From Thermoprotei archaeon (GTDB taxonomy: Archaea; Thermoproteota; Thermoprotei; Thermofilales; B20-G17), in contig QMRW01000001.1 in the NCBI GenBank assembly GCA_003650785.1, positions 1 through 46,682 on the forward strand: a stretch of 46,682 bases of DNA. The letters run 5' to 3'. A program made the translations under genes and the position numbers. Shown in pieces: positions 10,018-19,553 of the stretch; positions within the stretch are counted from its first letter, which is position 1; each line of letters begins with the position of its first letter. The notes under the pieces were generated by a model. The model searched no databases, was not told the origin of the DNA, and was given only the letters and a program-made list of their open reading frames with translations.

Positions 10018-11850
10018 GTGATATCCCTGCGACTACTCCTACTCCACAGTGATTGGTTTGAATATAGACCTAGAGAGAGAGCCCTAAGAATAGCTGAACC
10101 CACTGAGAAGGAGTGGTTTAGAGTTGAGGAAGCTTTAGTAGTTATGGTAACAGTAGAAGAAGAGGATAGTGAAAATATTGTAGAGAGAGCCGTGGATGAA
10201 ATATTACAGGTTGCAGAGAAAGTTAAGCCAGAGAGAATAGTCATATATCCCTATGCACACTTAAGTGAGAAACTAGCACCACCGGAAGTAGCGATACGTC
10301 TATTGAATATACTCACTAAGAATATAGAAGACAAGGGATGGAAAGTACACAGAGCCCCTTTTGGATGGTATAAGGCCTTTAGGATATCGGTTAAGGGACA
10401 CCCTCTTGCAGAGCTATCAAGAAGGATAGTGGCAGTGAAGAAAGAAGAGAGGAAGATTCCTGAGGAAAAGAAGTACGTTATAATAGATCCTAGAGGAAAT
10501 GAGTGGGATCCCAGAGAGTATCTTGATAGACTTAATCCGGAGCTTCAAGTACTAGTTAAAAAAGAGGCTCTTAAAATGGAATTGAAGGGAGGAAAACCTA
10601 TAATCATAGATTATCTTAGAAGGTTTGGATGTGAGTGGGAGAGTACATCGGATTATGGTCATATGAGGTTTAGCCCTCACGTAGCACTGGTTTTCGACTT
10701 AGTAGCGGATTACTCTAGGAGTATAGTCAATAGCTTGGGGATACCTGTATTCGAGGTCAAAGGTACAGCTTTCTTTGATCTGAGAGAAAAACCTATCAGA
10801 GAACATGCGGAACTGTATGGTGATAGGTTATATACTATAAAGACAGATAAGGGTCCCTTAGTTCTGAGTTACGCTGCGTGTCATCAGCAGTTTTCCATAA
10901 TCAAAGATTGGGATATATCATACAAAGAACTGCCATTCGGAGCCTTTGAAATAGCGGACTCCTATAGATACGAGCAGAGTGGAGAGCTAGAACTATGCTT
11001 TAGATTGAGAAGATTCTACATGCCTGATCTGCATATATTTGTAAAGAATGAAGAAGAAGCTAAGCAGTGGGTTTTAAAAGTCCATAGAAGAATCATGGAA
11101 GAGATGGAGAAATTGAACAGAAACTATGAACTACTTATAAACATAGTAAATCCGGAACAGTTCAAGAGGTATAAGGACTTTATAGTGGACATTGCAAGAG
11201 ATGTAGGTAAACCTGTCCTAGTAGCCATATACCCTCCCGGCATAAACTACTACTGGACTATAAACATAGAGTACCATATACTAGATCTTCTTAACAGGCC
11301 TAGAGAGATAGGTACTGTTCAGATAGACATAGGAAATGCCAAGAGATTTAATATAACCTATGTAAATGAGAGAGGAGAAAAATGTTATCCAGTAATAATA
11401 CATACTGCTATAATAGGAAGCTTAGAAAGGTACATATACACCCTATTCGATACAGCATTACGCTTAAAAAAGCCCATGTTACCAGTATGGGTATCTCCAG
11501 TTCAGGTTAGAGTAGTACCCGTGAGCTTAGAGGTGATCGAATATGCTGAGGGAGTGGTAAAAGCTCTAGAGGAGGAAGGATTTAGAGTAGATATAGATGA
11601 TACTGATAGAACTCTCTCTCGAAAGATACTAGATGCTGAAAAAGAGTGGATTCCATACATAGTTGTAGTGGGTAGAAGAGAAGAAGAGAGTAAAACTATT
11701 AGAGTAAGAGTTAGGAGAAGTGGAGAAGAAATAACTATGACTGTAGATGAGTTAGCGGAATTACTGAGAAAAGAGACTAAGGGATATCCTAAGAGACCAC
11801 TATATTTTGCCAAGAGACTTAGTAAGCGACCAAGACTTATTAAAGTATAA
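10018..11850 (+). CDS. thrS: threonine--tRNA ligase, full length with archaeal N-terminal editing domain
   Basis: N-terminus LLLLHSDWFEYRPRE (archaeal ThrRS editing-domain signature). Class II core (SYRYEQSGEL, HTAIIGSLERY). C-terminal anticodon-binding domain. GTG start. Confidence 0.9.
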   Translation: MISLRLLLLHSDWFEYRPRERALRIAEPTEKEWFRVEEALVVMVTVEEEDSENIVERAVDEILQVAEKVKPERIVIYPYAHLSEKLAPPEVAIRLLNILTKNIEDKGWKVHRAPFGWYKAFRISVKGHPLAELSRRIVAVKKEERKIPEEKKYVIIDPRGNEWDPREYLDRLNPELQVLVKKEALKMELKGGKPIIIDYLRRFGCEWESTSDYGHMRFSPHVALVFDLVADYSRSIVNSLGIPVFEVKGTAFFDLREKPIREHAELYGDRLYTIKTDKGPLVLSYAACHQQFSIIKDWDISYKELPFGAFEIADSYRYEQSGELELCFRLRRFYMPDLHIFVKNEEEAKQWVLKVHRRIMEEMEKLNRNYELLINIVNPEQFKRYKDFIVDIARDVGKPVLVAIYPPGINYYWTINIEYHILDLLNRPREIGTVQIDIGNAKRFNITYVNERGEKCYPVIIHTAIIGSLERYIYTLFDTALRLKKPMLPVWVSPVQVRVVPVSLEVIEYAEGVVKALEEEGFRVDIDDTDRTLSRKILDAEKEWIPYIVVVGRREEESKTIRVRVRRSGEEITMTVDELAELLRKETKGYPKRPLYFAKRLSKRPRLIKV

Positions 11851-11994
11851 GTCGAATTTCTTCTCTCAATCTACTAATAATATAACTGAGCACATAATCT
11901 CAAGCGATTAGCTTACTTTGAATGGACTTATCCATAGCTTCAAGAAAGACTTAAAGATTTTGGTATTTGAATTTTGGAAGAGCTTCCAGAGTAG

Positions 11995-12004
11995 TAATTA
12001 TATA
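11995..12004 (+). promoter_or_regulatory. TATA-like box upstream of the oxidoreductase operon
   Basis: TAATTATATA about 23-32 nt upstream of the GTG at 12027. The spacing fits an archaeal promoter with a very short leader. Confidence 0.3.
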
Positions 12005-12026
12005 CTTCATATAGTTCATAGACCAT

Positions 12027-13751
12027 GTGAAGAGGAAATATAGTGAAGTAAAAACTATCCTAATAGGCGGTCAAGCTGGAATGGGTATATTGTTAAGTGG
12101 AAGAGTCCTGGCTAAATTCTTTGGTAGGATGGGTCTTTATACATTCCTTCATACAGAGTATCCATCGTTAATAAGAGGAGGACATAATTTCTGCATTCTG
12201 ACTGTGGGAAATAGAAAAGTATACTCACAGAGACTCTATGCAGATACCTTGATAGCACTAGATAAGACTACACTAGAGAAGCATTTATGGAGATTAAAAC
12301 ATAATTGTCTACTTATAATAGATAAAAAGATTGAAGGAGATCTCGTTAAGAGGGATAAATTTAAAATAGTAGAACTACCACTGGATGAACTATTGGCAAG
12401 GAAGAAACTCCCATTGATAACAAAGAACATGGTGATGTTAGGATCACTAGTAGCAATCCTTGGATATGGCATAGATACAATGATAGATGTTGTTAGTAGT
12501 GTGTTTAAGACTAAGTATAAAACAGAGAATATAGAAGCTACAAAATTGGGCTATGAGTATACCCTGAAGAATTTCAAACATTTGCAGGAGACCTTTATAG
12601 ATCGGGGGGTGGAAAAGAAGATAATTATTACGTCAGGAAATGAGGCTATTGCAATAGGTGCTGTATTAGGAGGAATGAAAATATATACTGCCTATCCGAT
12701 AACTCCAGCCTCTCCACTACTGCATCTACTGGCTGCCCATCAACGAGAACTGGACATAGTAGTAGTACAGGCTGAGGATGAAATAGCGGCGATAAATATC
12801 GCTATAGGTGCTTGGTACGCTGGAGCTAGGGCTATAACTGCAACTTCAGGTCCAGGTTTCTCACTAATGTGTGAGTCCATAGGCCTAGCAGGACTTACTG
12901 AGACACCACTAGTTGTAATACTGGCTCAGAGGCAGGGTCCTAGTACAGGTCTACCCACTTATACTTCACAAAGCGATCTTAAGCTAGCCCTCCAGGCGTC
13001 ACATGGGGAATTCCCCAAAATAGTAATTGCACCGGGTGATATAGAGGAATCTCTCGTACTCACAAGTACAGCTCTAGATCTGGCTGAAAGATATCAAGTT
13101 CCTGTCATAGTCCTAGTAGATAGGTACATAGTTGAAAGTTATAAGGCTATAGATTTCCCAAATATTACCCCACTATTTGAGAGGCACTATGTAGTGGAGG
13201 AGAGGGATGTGATATTCAAGAGGTATGCTATCACTGAAAGCGGAATATCTCCTTTTGCAATTCCAGGGATGGGTAATGCACTAGTTAAGGTGAATAGCCT
13301 AGAGCACGATGAGTATGGCTTCTTCGTGGAAGAGGAGAAAGCCGTAGAGTCTATGATAGAAAAGAGACTTAGAAAGATGAGCACTATATACAGAGATTTA
13401 GGAGAATCCGATATAGCAGCTAAGACATATGGTAATGGTAGAGAAGTTATAGTAAGCTGGGGATCTACAAAAGGTCCCATACTAGAAGCTATGAACATAC
13501 TAGAGAGCAAAGGTCTTAAGATGAAGTATTTACAAGTAATCTTGCTAGCACCCTTTCCCAAAGATAAAATACGTAGGTTATTAAGAGGTTGTGAAAGAGT
13601 CTTAGTAGTTGAGAATAATGCGACAGGACAGTTCGCCAATCTATTAAAGGAGTATCTGGATGCAGAGATAATCTCTCTATTAAAGTACAATGGAAGACCC
13701 TTTTACCCTGAGGAAATTGCAGAGAGAGTAGAGGAGGTGGTAAGAAAATGA
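12027..13751 (+). CDS. 2-oxoacid:ferredoxin oxidoreductase alpha subunit (fused gamma-alpha type)
   Basis: N-terminal gamma-like domain (IGGQAGMGILLSG), then the alpha core with TAYPITPAS. 574 aa. Overlaps the beta gene by 4 nt. Confidence 0.85.
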   Translation: MKRKYSEVKTILIGGQAGMGILLSGRVLAKFFGRMGLYTFLHTEYPSLIRGGHNFCILTVGNRKVYSQRLYADTLIALDKTTLEKHLWRLKHNCLLIIDKKIEGDLVKRDKFKIVELPLDELLARKKLPLITKNMVMLGSLVAILGYGIDTMIDVVSSVFKTKYKTENIEATKLGYEYTLKNFKHLQETFIDRGVEKKIIITSGNEAIAIGAVLGGMKIYTAYPITPASPLLHLLAAHQRELDIVVVQAEDEIAAINIAIGAWYAGARAITATSGPGFSLMCESIGLAGLTETPLVVILAQRQGPSTGLPTYTSQSDLKLALQASHGEFPKIVIAPGDIEESLVLTSTALDLAERYQVPVIVLVDRYIVESYKAIDFPNITPLFERHYVVEERDVIFKRYAITESGISPFAIPGMGNALVKVNSLEHDEYGFFVEEEKAVESMIEKRLRKMSTIYRDLGESDIAAKTYGNGREVIVSWGSTKGPILEAMNILESKGLKMKYLQVILLAPFPKDKIRRLLRGCERVLVVENNATGQFANLLKEYLDAEIISLLKYNGRPFYPEEIAERVEEVVRK

Positions 13752-14593
13752 GTATCAGTAGACTTCGTACCCACGTGAAAATCACATGGTGTCCAGGATG
13801 TGGAAATTTCGCGATAATGAACGCCTTTATAAGAGCTATTCTGGAGCTAGAATTTAAGATAAAGGACATAGTCGTTATTACTGGTATAGGATGTCATGGT
13901 AGGCTTCATGAATACCTAAGACTTAATAGCTTCCACACGATTCATGGTAGAGTATTACCACTAGCTATTGGTATAAAGCTAGCTAATAAGGATCTACTAG
14001 TAATCGGTTTTTCAGGCGATGGTGACGCTTATGCCATAGGTATAAACCACTTTATACACGCTGCTAGGAGGAACGTGGATATAAAGTATATAGTACATAA
14101 TAACATGGTATTTGGATTAACAAGGGGACAAGTATCTCCTACAAGTCCCCTTGGACTAAAGACCAAGTCTACGCCTGAAGGAAACTTTGTAAGACCCATA
14201 AACCCAATAGCATTAGCTCTAATAGCTGGTGCTACATTTGTAGCGAGAGGCTTTACAGGCGATATAGAGCATCTAACTACAGTACTTAAACAAGCACTAC
14301 TACACAGAGGATTCGCTTTTATAGACATACTTCAACCATGTGTTACCTTCTATAATACACTACCTATGTTAAGGAGGAAAGTTTACAAATTGGAGGAAAG
14401 TGGACATGATATCTCGAATTTTGATGAAGCCATGGATAGAGCTTTAGAATCTGATAAAATACCCATTGGAGTATTCTACAAAGTAAGGAGACCTACTTTT
14501 GAAGAACAGATACCACAGCTTAAGGGTAAGCCTATGAGCTTCAGAGATATCGAGATGGAGAGAGTTTTAAAATTCGTGGGTAAACTGGTATGA
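13748..14593 (+). CDS. 2-oxoacid:ferredoxin oxidoreductase beta subunit (ThDP-binding)
   Basis: WCPGCGNF and GFSGDGDAYAIG (ThDP/Mg motif). ATGA overlap with the alpha gene. Confidence 0.85.
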   Translation: MSISRLRTHVKITWCPGCGNFAIMNAFIRAILELEFKIKDIVVITGIGCHGRLHEYLRLNSFHTIHGRVLPLAIGIKLANKDLLVIGFSGDGDAYAIGINHFIHAARRNVDIKYIVHNNMVFGLTRGQVSPTSPLGLKTKSTPEGNFVRPINPIALALIAGATFVARGFTGDIEHLTTVLKQALLHRGFAFIDILQPCVTFYNTLPMLRRKVYKLEESGHDISNFDEAMDRALESDKIPIGVFYKVRRPTFEEQIPQLKGKPMSFRDIEMERVLKFVGKLV

Positions 14594-14644
14594 TTTCCTA
14601 GATCTACTATAGAAGTTATATAGACTACATTTCTCATTAGACTG

Positions 14645-15901
14645 TTGGTAGATATGTACAATGGAGTATTAGACTACTTGCCCCATATTAAAGACTATAA
14701 GGCTAAGAGAGTTTCAAGCTGGGATAGAACAGGTGGTAACGAAGACTACATAAGCATAGAGAAAGGAGATACCGTCACTATAGCTGAGATAAAAGGTCCT
14801 GCTGTAATTAAGCATATCTGGATAACTATAAGCTGTAAGGATGTATACTACCTGAGGAAGATACTATTTAGGATGTACTGGGATGGAGAAAATAAACCAA
14901 GTGTGGATACGCCTATAGGAGATTTCTTCGGAATAGGTCACGGTATAGCTAAGCACTTTGCCTCACTACCTCTTACTATGACGTGTGATAAGGGATTCAA
15001 CTGCTACTTTCCCATGCCCTTTAATGATAGAGCTGTAATAGAGATAGTCAATGAATGCGACGTAGAAATAGAGAAATTTTACTACCATATCGACTACGAG
15101 GTACATAGAAGAGAGTGGAATGATGTAGGATACTTCCATGCTAAGTGGAGGAGAGAACTTACCAGAGCCTGCGAGGAAAAAATCAATCTCACAGGAGATG
15201 ACAACTACCTTATATTATACGCTGAAGGTCGTGGTCACTATGTTGGCTGTATTTTGAGTATACATGGCTTAAGACCTGGATGGTGGGGTGAGGGTGATGA
15301 TATGATATTTATCGATGGAGAGAAGTGGCCCCCCTCTCTACATGGAACTGGAACTGAGGATTATATAGGTTCAGCTTGGGGTTTTAATAGGGAATTTTAT
15401 TTCCCTCTTCACGGGTTTCCATTAAAGGGTCATGAAGATTGGACGGGTTATCACTCCATGTACCGTTTTCATTTAGAATCTCCAATACCTTTTACAAAGT
15501 CTATTAAGGTAACTATAGAGCATGGTCATGCAAACGACAGAGCAGACGATATCTCGAGCGTAGCCTATTGGTATCAAATCGAACCTCACATAGACTTCGC
15601 TCCTATGCTACCTGTAGAAAAGAGAATACCGCTCCCACTTAAATCACGAAGAGATATGCTGGAGGAGATAATTGAAGAGATAAAAAGTGCAGAGCCACAT
15701 AAGTTGAAAGAAGAACCTTGGAAATACACACACTATTTAGTCACACTAGCAAGAGATGCCGTGAAGACTAGAGGAGTAGATGCTGTAGTGAGAGAACTAA
15801 TCGAAGAAATCCTTCTCTCAGCACTGAAAAGAGGAGATATGGAAGCCGTTAGAAGAGAGCTAGTGAACATAGGATCTAGACTCTTAAATATGCTTAAATG
15901 A
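14645..15901 (+). CDS. DUF2961 / glycoside hydrolase family 172-like protein
   Basis: SSWDRTGGNEDY, GPAVIKHIWIT and GEGDDMIFIDGE...GTGTEDY match my recollection of the DUF2961 signature. TTG start, alternative ATG at 14654. Confidence 0.7.
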   Translation: MVDMYNGVLDYLPHIKDYKAKRVSSWDRTGGNEDYISIEKGDTVTIAEIKGPAVIKHIWITISCKDVYYLRKILFRMYWDGENKPSVDTPIGDFFGIGHGIAKHFASLPLTMTCDKGFNCYFPMPFNDRAVIEIVNECDVEIEKFYYHIDYEVHRREWNDVGYFHAKWRRELTRACEEKINLTGDDNYLILYAEGRGHYVGCILSIHGLRPGWWGEGDDMIFIDGEKWPPSLHGTGTEDYIGSAWGFNREFYFPLHGFPLKGHEDWTGYHSMYRFHLESPIPFTKSIKVTIEHGHANDRADDISSVAYWYQIEPHIDFAPMLPVEKRIPLPLKSRRDMLEEIIEEIKSAEPHKLKEEPWKYTHYLVTLARDAVKTRGVDAVVRELIEEILLSALKRGDMEAVRRELVNIGSRLLNMLK

Positions 15902-15953
15902 CTATCCATGATCCAGAGTAATTTTTAAATCTTTATAGAAGTATAGTGAAGAC

Positions 15954-16457
15954 ATGAAAGTGGTAGAGGTATTGGTATTGATAATTGCTATCATAGTTAT
16001 AATTATACTGGTAGTACCCTTTTACACTCCTCCGAGGACCTTGATATCTAAGCCGGCTCCTGATTTTGAATTTACAGATATAGAGAATAATAAGGTTAAA
16101 TTGAGCGACTTTAAAGGTAAAGTTGTACTTATAGACTTCATGACCACATGGTGTGGACCATGCAGAAAGCAGATAGAGATACTCAAAAAGCTCTGGCCTA
16201 AGTACAAGGATAAAGGAGTGGTCTTCATGAGCATAAGCGTATCAGAGCGTGATCGAGAGCGTTTACCTAGATTTTCACTTGAATATGGTATTGAGTGGAT
16301 AATAGGCGTATGTAGTGAGGCAGGAGTAAAATACGGTATTACAGCTATTCCAACACTTGTAGTAGTAGATGAGGATGGCAGAGTTGTCTTCAAGCATACT
16401 GGAGTGCTTAATGCTGATGATTTGATCAAGATTATAGACAAAGTGCTTGAGGAATAG
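15954..16457 (+). CDS. membrane-anchored thioredoxin-fold thiol:disulfide oxidoreductase (TlpA/redoxin-like)
   Basis: N-terminal hydrophobic anchor, WCGPC active site, thioredoxin-fold length. Confidence 0.8.
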   Translation: MKVVEVLVLIIAIIVIIILVVPFYTPPRTLISKPAPDFEFTDIENNKVKLSDFKGKVVLIDFMTTWCGPCRKQIEILKKLWPKYKDKGVVFMSISVSERDRERLPRFSLEYGIEWIIGVCSEAGVKYGITAIPTLVVVDEDGRVVFKHTGVLNADDLIKIIDKVLEE

Positions 16458-16459
16458 TT

Positions 16460-17098
16460 ATGGATTCAGGAATACTTGTGCTAGCATTTTCAGCTGGTAT
16501 AGTAACATGTTTCTCTCCTTGTACACTACCTATGCTACCAATATACATAGCCTATCTCATAAGACTGAGAAAAGGGTCGGAGGCCACAATCTTAACAGTC
16601 TTGAAAATAGGATTAGTAGTGAGTATAGGCTCAGCTGTACTTATGATATCACTAGGACTTATAACTTCAGTACCCCTTTCGAGTATTCTAGAGATTTTCG
16701 ATTACCTTAGACTATTGCTAGTAGGTATTCTTCTATTGATGGGAGTTATATTCTTTACACCACTAGATCTTACACTACATATATCAATACCCTCTAAAGT
16801 AAAGTCCCTTCAAGTATTTCCGTTAGGATATGGTCTATTGTATGCACTAGCTTCATTACCATGTGCCTATCCTATATTTATAATGATAGTAGTAGTTGCG
16901 GCTACTACACAACTATTCTTACCAGTAATACTGCTTTATACACTAGGCTTCTCACTTTCTATCATTATGATTACATTCGTTACAGTGAAATCAACAGATT
17001 TACTGATGAGATTATATAATATACCTTATGTTTGGTTAAAAAGGGCTAGTGGTGTACTACTCATAACTTCTGCTGTGTTACTACTACTTCCAAAATAG
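16460..17098 (+). CDS. CcdA/DsbD-family transmembrane thiol:disulfide electron transporter
   Basis: Polytopic membrane protein with CFSPCTLPMLPIY near the N-terminus and a second conserved Cys (LPCAYP). Starts 3 nt after the redoxin gene. Confidence 0.75.
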   Translation: MDSGILVLAFSAGIVTCFSPCTLPMLPIYIAYLIRLRKGSEATILTVLKIGLVVSIGSAVLMISLGLITSVPLSSILEIFDYLRLLLVGILLLMGVIFFTPLDLTLHISIPSKVKSLQVFPLGYGLLYALASLPCAYPIFIMIVVVAATTQLFLPVILLYTLGFSLSIIMITFVTVKSTDLLMRLYNIPYVWLKRASGVLLITSAVLLLLPK

Positions 17099-17114
17099 TA
17101 ACCTATGAGTTAAT

Positions 17115-18179
17115 ATGCGATTGATAGTTAGGGATCATGTTATGAACTCCAAAAGATTGGTTATCAAAGTATTCGAAGGAGAGGGAGAGGAGGTAGTGCC
17201 ACTTCATATAGAGTCTGACTGTAAGAATGAGGAGGCGCTTCTTGGGGATATAGTGGGTGTAGGGGCTAAAGTTGTAGAGTGGAGAAAGTTCTACAGGAAA
17301 GGTGGTCCCTTTGCTAGAAGACCCCATGAAAAATTATCAGTATGGATCAATAGGGTAAATTTAGAGGAATATGAGTGGCCTGAGGTAGATGAAGTAGTCA
17401 GATATGCTGTTGAAGTTTTTGAAGAAAGAGCTAAGAAGTACTCTGAAAGTAAGTTTATAGTGTACAAGGTATTGGGTCCTACTGAGACCTCCGAGTCTTT
17501 CTTTACAAGAGGTCTGAGTAGAATACGTACTAGTCTTAATCAAGTAGTTCATGAGTTCGGATTCGCTACATTTTTACTCCTTAATGTCAAAAAGGCCTGT
17601 AAATTATTTAACAAGATCTCAAGATATGTACTTGAACTGATAAAGGCTGGTGCAGAGATAGAGTATGTAGATGCTGTAAGAGTAGCAGATGATGTAGCGA
17701 CTTATGGGAGACTGCTATATCCGCAATGGTTCATAAAAGAACACTACTTAAAGTGGCATAAAGAGTTCTCTAGAGTAATAAAGAAAAGTGGCAAGTATGC
17801 AATTCTACACTGTGATGGAGATATATTGATAAATTCTCTTAGGGAAATTTTCCGAATATATGATGGTATACATCCTCTAGACCTTAGGCCTAGATTTTCT
17901 ACAAAGGATGCTCGTAGATGGATAAATAGCATAGTAAGGGCTAGAGAAATAGTAGGAAGTAGAGTAGTGTTTTTCACTGGTATTCCTATAGAGTTACTCT
18001 TTAATGACAGCATAGGTGTAGAAGATATATACGACATCGTTAGAATGTTTTTAGAAACTCATGGCAGAGAAATGCTAATATTGGCGACAACACATAGTAA
18101 TTATCCTGGTAGAAGCTATAAAGAGCCTCTTGTAATGCGTAAGCTCGAGGCAATTAATAGATTGAGAAAAGCTAGATAG
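17115..18179 (+). CDS. uroporphyrinogen-decarboxylase (URO-D/MtaA-like) fold protein, function unknown
   Basis: ADDVATYG...LSP-like region and KYAILHCDGDI...GIHPLD resemble the central and C-terminal URO-D family pattern. The N-terminal URO-D signature was not seen. Confidence 0.4.
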   Translation: MRLIVRDHVMNSKRLVIKVFEGEGEEVVPLHIESDCKNEEALLGDIVGVGAKVVEWRKFYRKGGPFARRPHEKLSVWINRVNLEEYEWPEVDEVVRYAVEVFEERAKKYSESKFIVYKVLGPTETSESFFTRGLSRIRTSLNQVVHEFGFATFLLLNVKKACKLFNKISRYVLELIKAGAEIEYVDAVRVADDVATYGRLLYPQWFIKEHYLKWHKEFSRVIKKSGKYAILHCDGDILINSLREIFRIYDGIHPLDLRPRFSTKDARRWINSIVRAREIVGSRVVFFTGIPIELLFNDSIGVEDIYDIVRMFLETHGREMLILATTHSNYPGRSYKEPLVMRKLEAINRLRKAR

Positions 18180-18241
18180 TCGTCTACATGCTATTCAGAC
18201 AAATAGATACGAATATTTTAGTGATGTAATTAAGATTCCCG

Positions 18242-18703
18242 ATGGAGCAAATTACTGTGTATACAATAGGTCATTCAAACAGAGAATTAAGTGAATTCAT
18301 AAATCTACTCAAAGCTTATGATGTCCAAGTACTTATTGATGTAAGGAGATTTCCTACTTCTAAGAAATTTCCACATTTTATCAGAGATAAACTTAGAGAT
18401 GTACTTGAGGGAGAGGATATAGAGTACTACTGGTTAGGAGATTTACTAGGAGGATTTAGACCTGGTGGTTACAGGAGCTATATGAAGACTAATGAATTTA
18501 AAAGAGGAATTCAGAGGTTGATGAAGATAATTTCAAGAGGAAAGACTACGGTCATAATGTGTAAAGAAAAACTCTGGTTTCGCTGCCACCGTAGATTTAT
18601 ATCGGATGTCCTCGTAGAGAAGGGGATAAAGGTAGTACACATAGTAGACATAGGAAAGACCTATATCCATCCAAGATATCGCTTTTTATATCCAAGTAGC
18701 TAA
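18242..18703 (+). CDS. DUF488-family protein
   Basis: YTIGHSNR-x-EF-x-LL...LIDVRRFPTSKKFPHF and C-terminal MCKEKLWFRCHR, typical of DUF488. Confidence 0.7.
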   Translation: MEQITVYTIGHSNRELSEFINLLKAYDVQVLIDVRRFPTSKKFPHFIRDKLRDVLEGEDIEYYWLGDLLGGFRPGGYRSYMKTNEFKRGIQRLMKIISRGKTTVIMCKEKLWFRCHRRFISDVLVEKGIKVVHIVDIGKTYIHPRYRFLYPSS

Positions 18704-18722
18704 ATTCATAGGTGGGGGTATC

Positions 18723-19553
18723 ATGTTCAAAATACTGAGTAACCATATCATAGCACCAGAGATCAGAAAAATAGAGATATACGCACCTGAAATAGCAAAA
18801 AGAGCCAAAGCAGGTCAATTTGTAGTTATCAGAGTAGATGAGAGAGGAGAAAGAATACCATTAACCCTGGTGGACTGGAATCCAAACAAGGGAAGTATAA
18901 CATTAGTATTCCAAGAAGTAGGAGTAACTACCAAGAAACTAGGAAGAGTAAAGAAAGGGAAATATATATTAGATGTTATAGGTCCCCTCGGAAATCCTAC
19001 TGAAGTTAAGAACTATGGAACTATCGTAGGTGTAGGGGGAGGAGTGGGAAATGCGTGTCTACTTCCAGTGATGAGAGAGTTTAAAAGAGCTGGAAACTAC
19101 ACAGTCTCAATGATAGGGGCTAGAACAAGTGAGCTACTAATACTAGAGGACGAACTGAGTGAGGTGAGCGATGAGCTATACATAGCTACAGATGATGGTA
19201 GTAGAGGATATAAGGGCTTCGTAACAGATCTCTTGAAGAGATTTTTGGAAAGAAGACGTCCAGATCTTGTGTATGCCGTAGGCCCTACCATAATGATGAA
19301 GGTAGTATCAAGTATAACCAAGCCCTATGGTGTAAAAACTATAGTAAGTCTAAACCCCATAATGGTGGATGGTACGGGAATGTGCGGTGCATGTAGAGTA
19401 ATTGTAGGTGGCAAGCTTAGATTCGCCTGTATAGATGGTCCTGAGTTCGATGGACATCAAGTGAACTTTGACGCTCTAATGAACAGACTTAGAATGTATA
19501 AGGAAGAAGAAGAACTAGCTCTATCTTTACTCGAAAAGAGTATAAAGAGGTGA
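18723..19553 (+). CDS. NfnA/SudB-like FAD and [2Fe-2S] subunit (ferredoxin:NADP oxidoreductase small subunit)
   Basis: MFKIL...GQFVVIRVDERGERIPLTLVD, GGGVGNA, and the C-terminal NPIMVDGTGMCGACRV...FACIDGPEFDGH motif. Confidence 0.85.
   Translation: MFKILSNHIIAPEIRKIEIYAPEIAKRAKAGQFVVIRVDERGERIPLTLVDWNPNKGSITLVFQEVGVTTKKLGRVKKGKYILDVIGPLGNPTEVKNYGTIVGVGGGVGNACLLPVMREFKRAGNYTVSMIGARTSELLILEDELSEVSDELYIATDDGSRGYKGFVTDLLKRFLERRRPDLVYAVGPTIMMKVVSSITKPYGVKTIVSLNPIMVDGTGMCGACRVIVGGKLRFACIDGPEFDGHQVNFDALMNRLRMYKEEEELALSLLEKSIKR

Noticed and set aside
16447-16710. 87-aa ORF overlapping the start of the CcdA-like gene in another frame.
   Set aside because: The 16460-17098 frame has the CcdA Cys motif and a membrane topology; the overlapping frame has neither.
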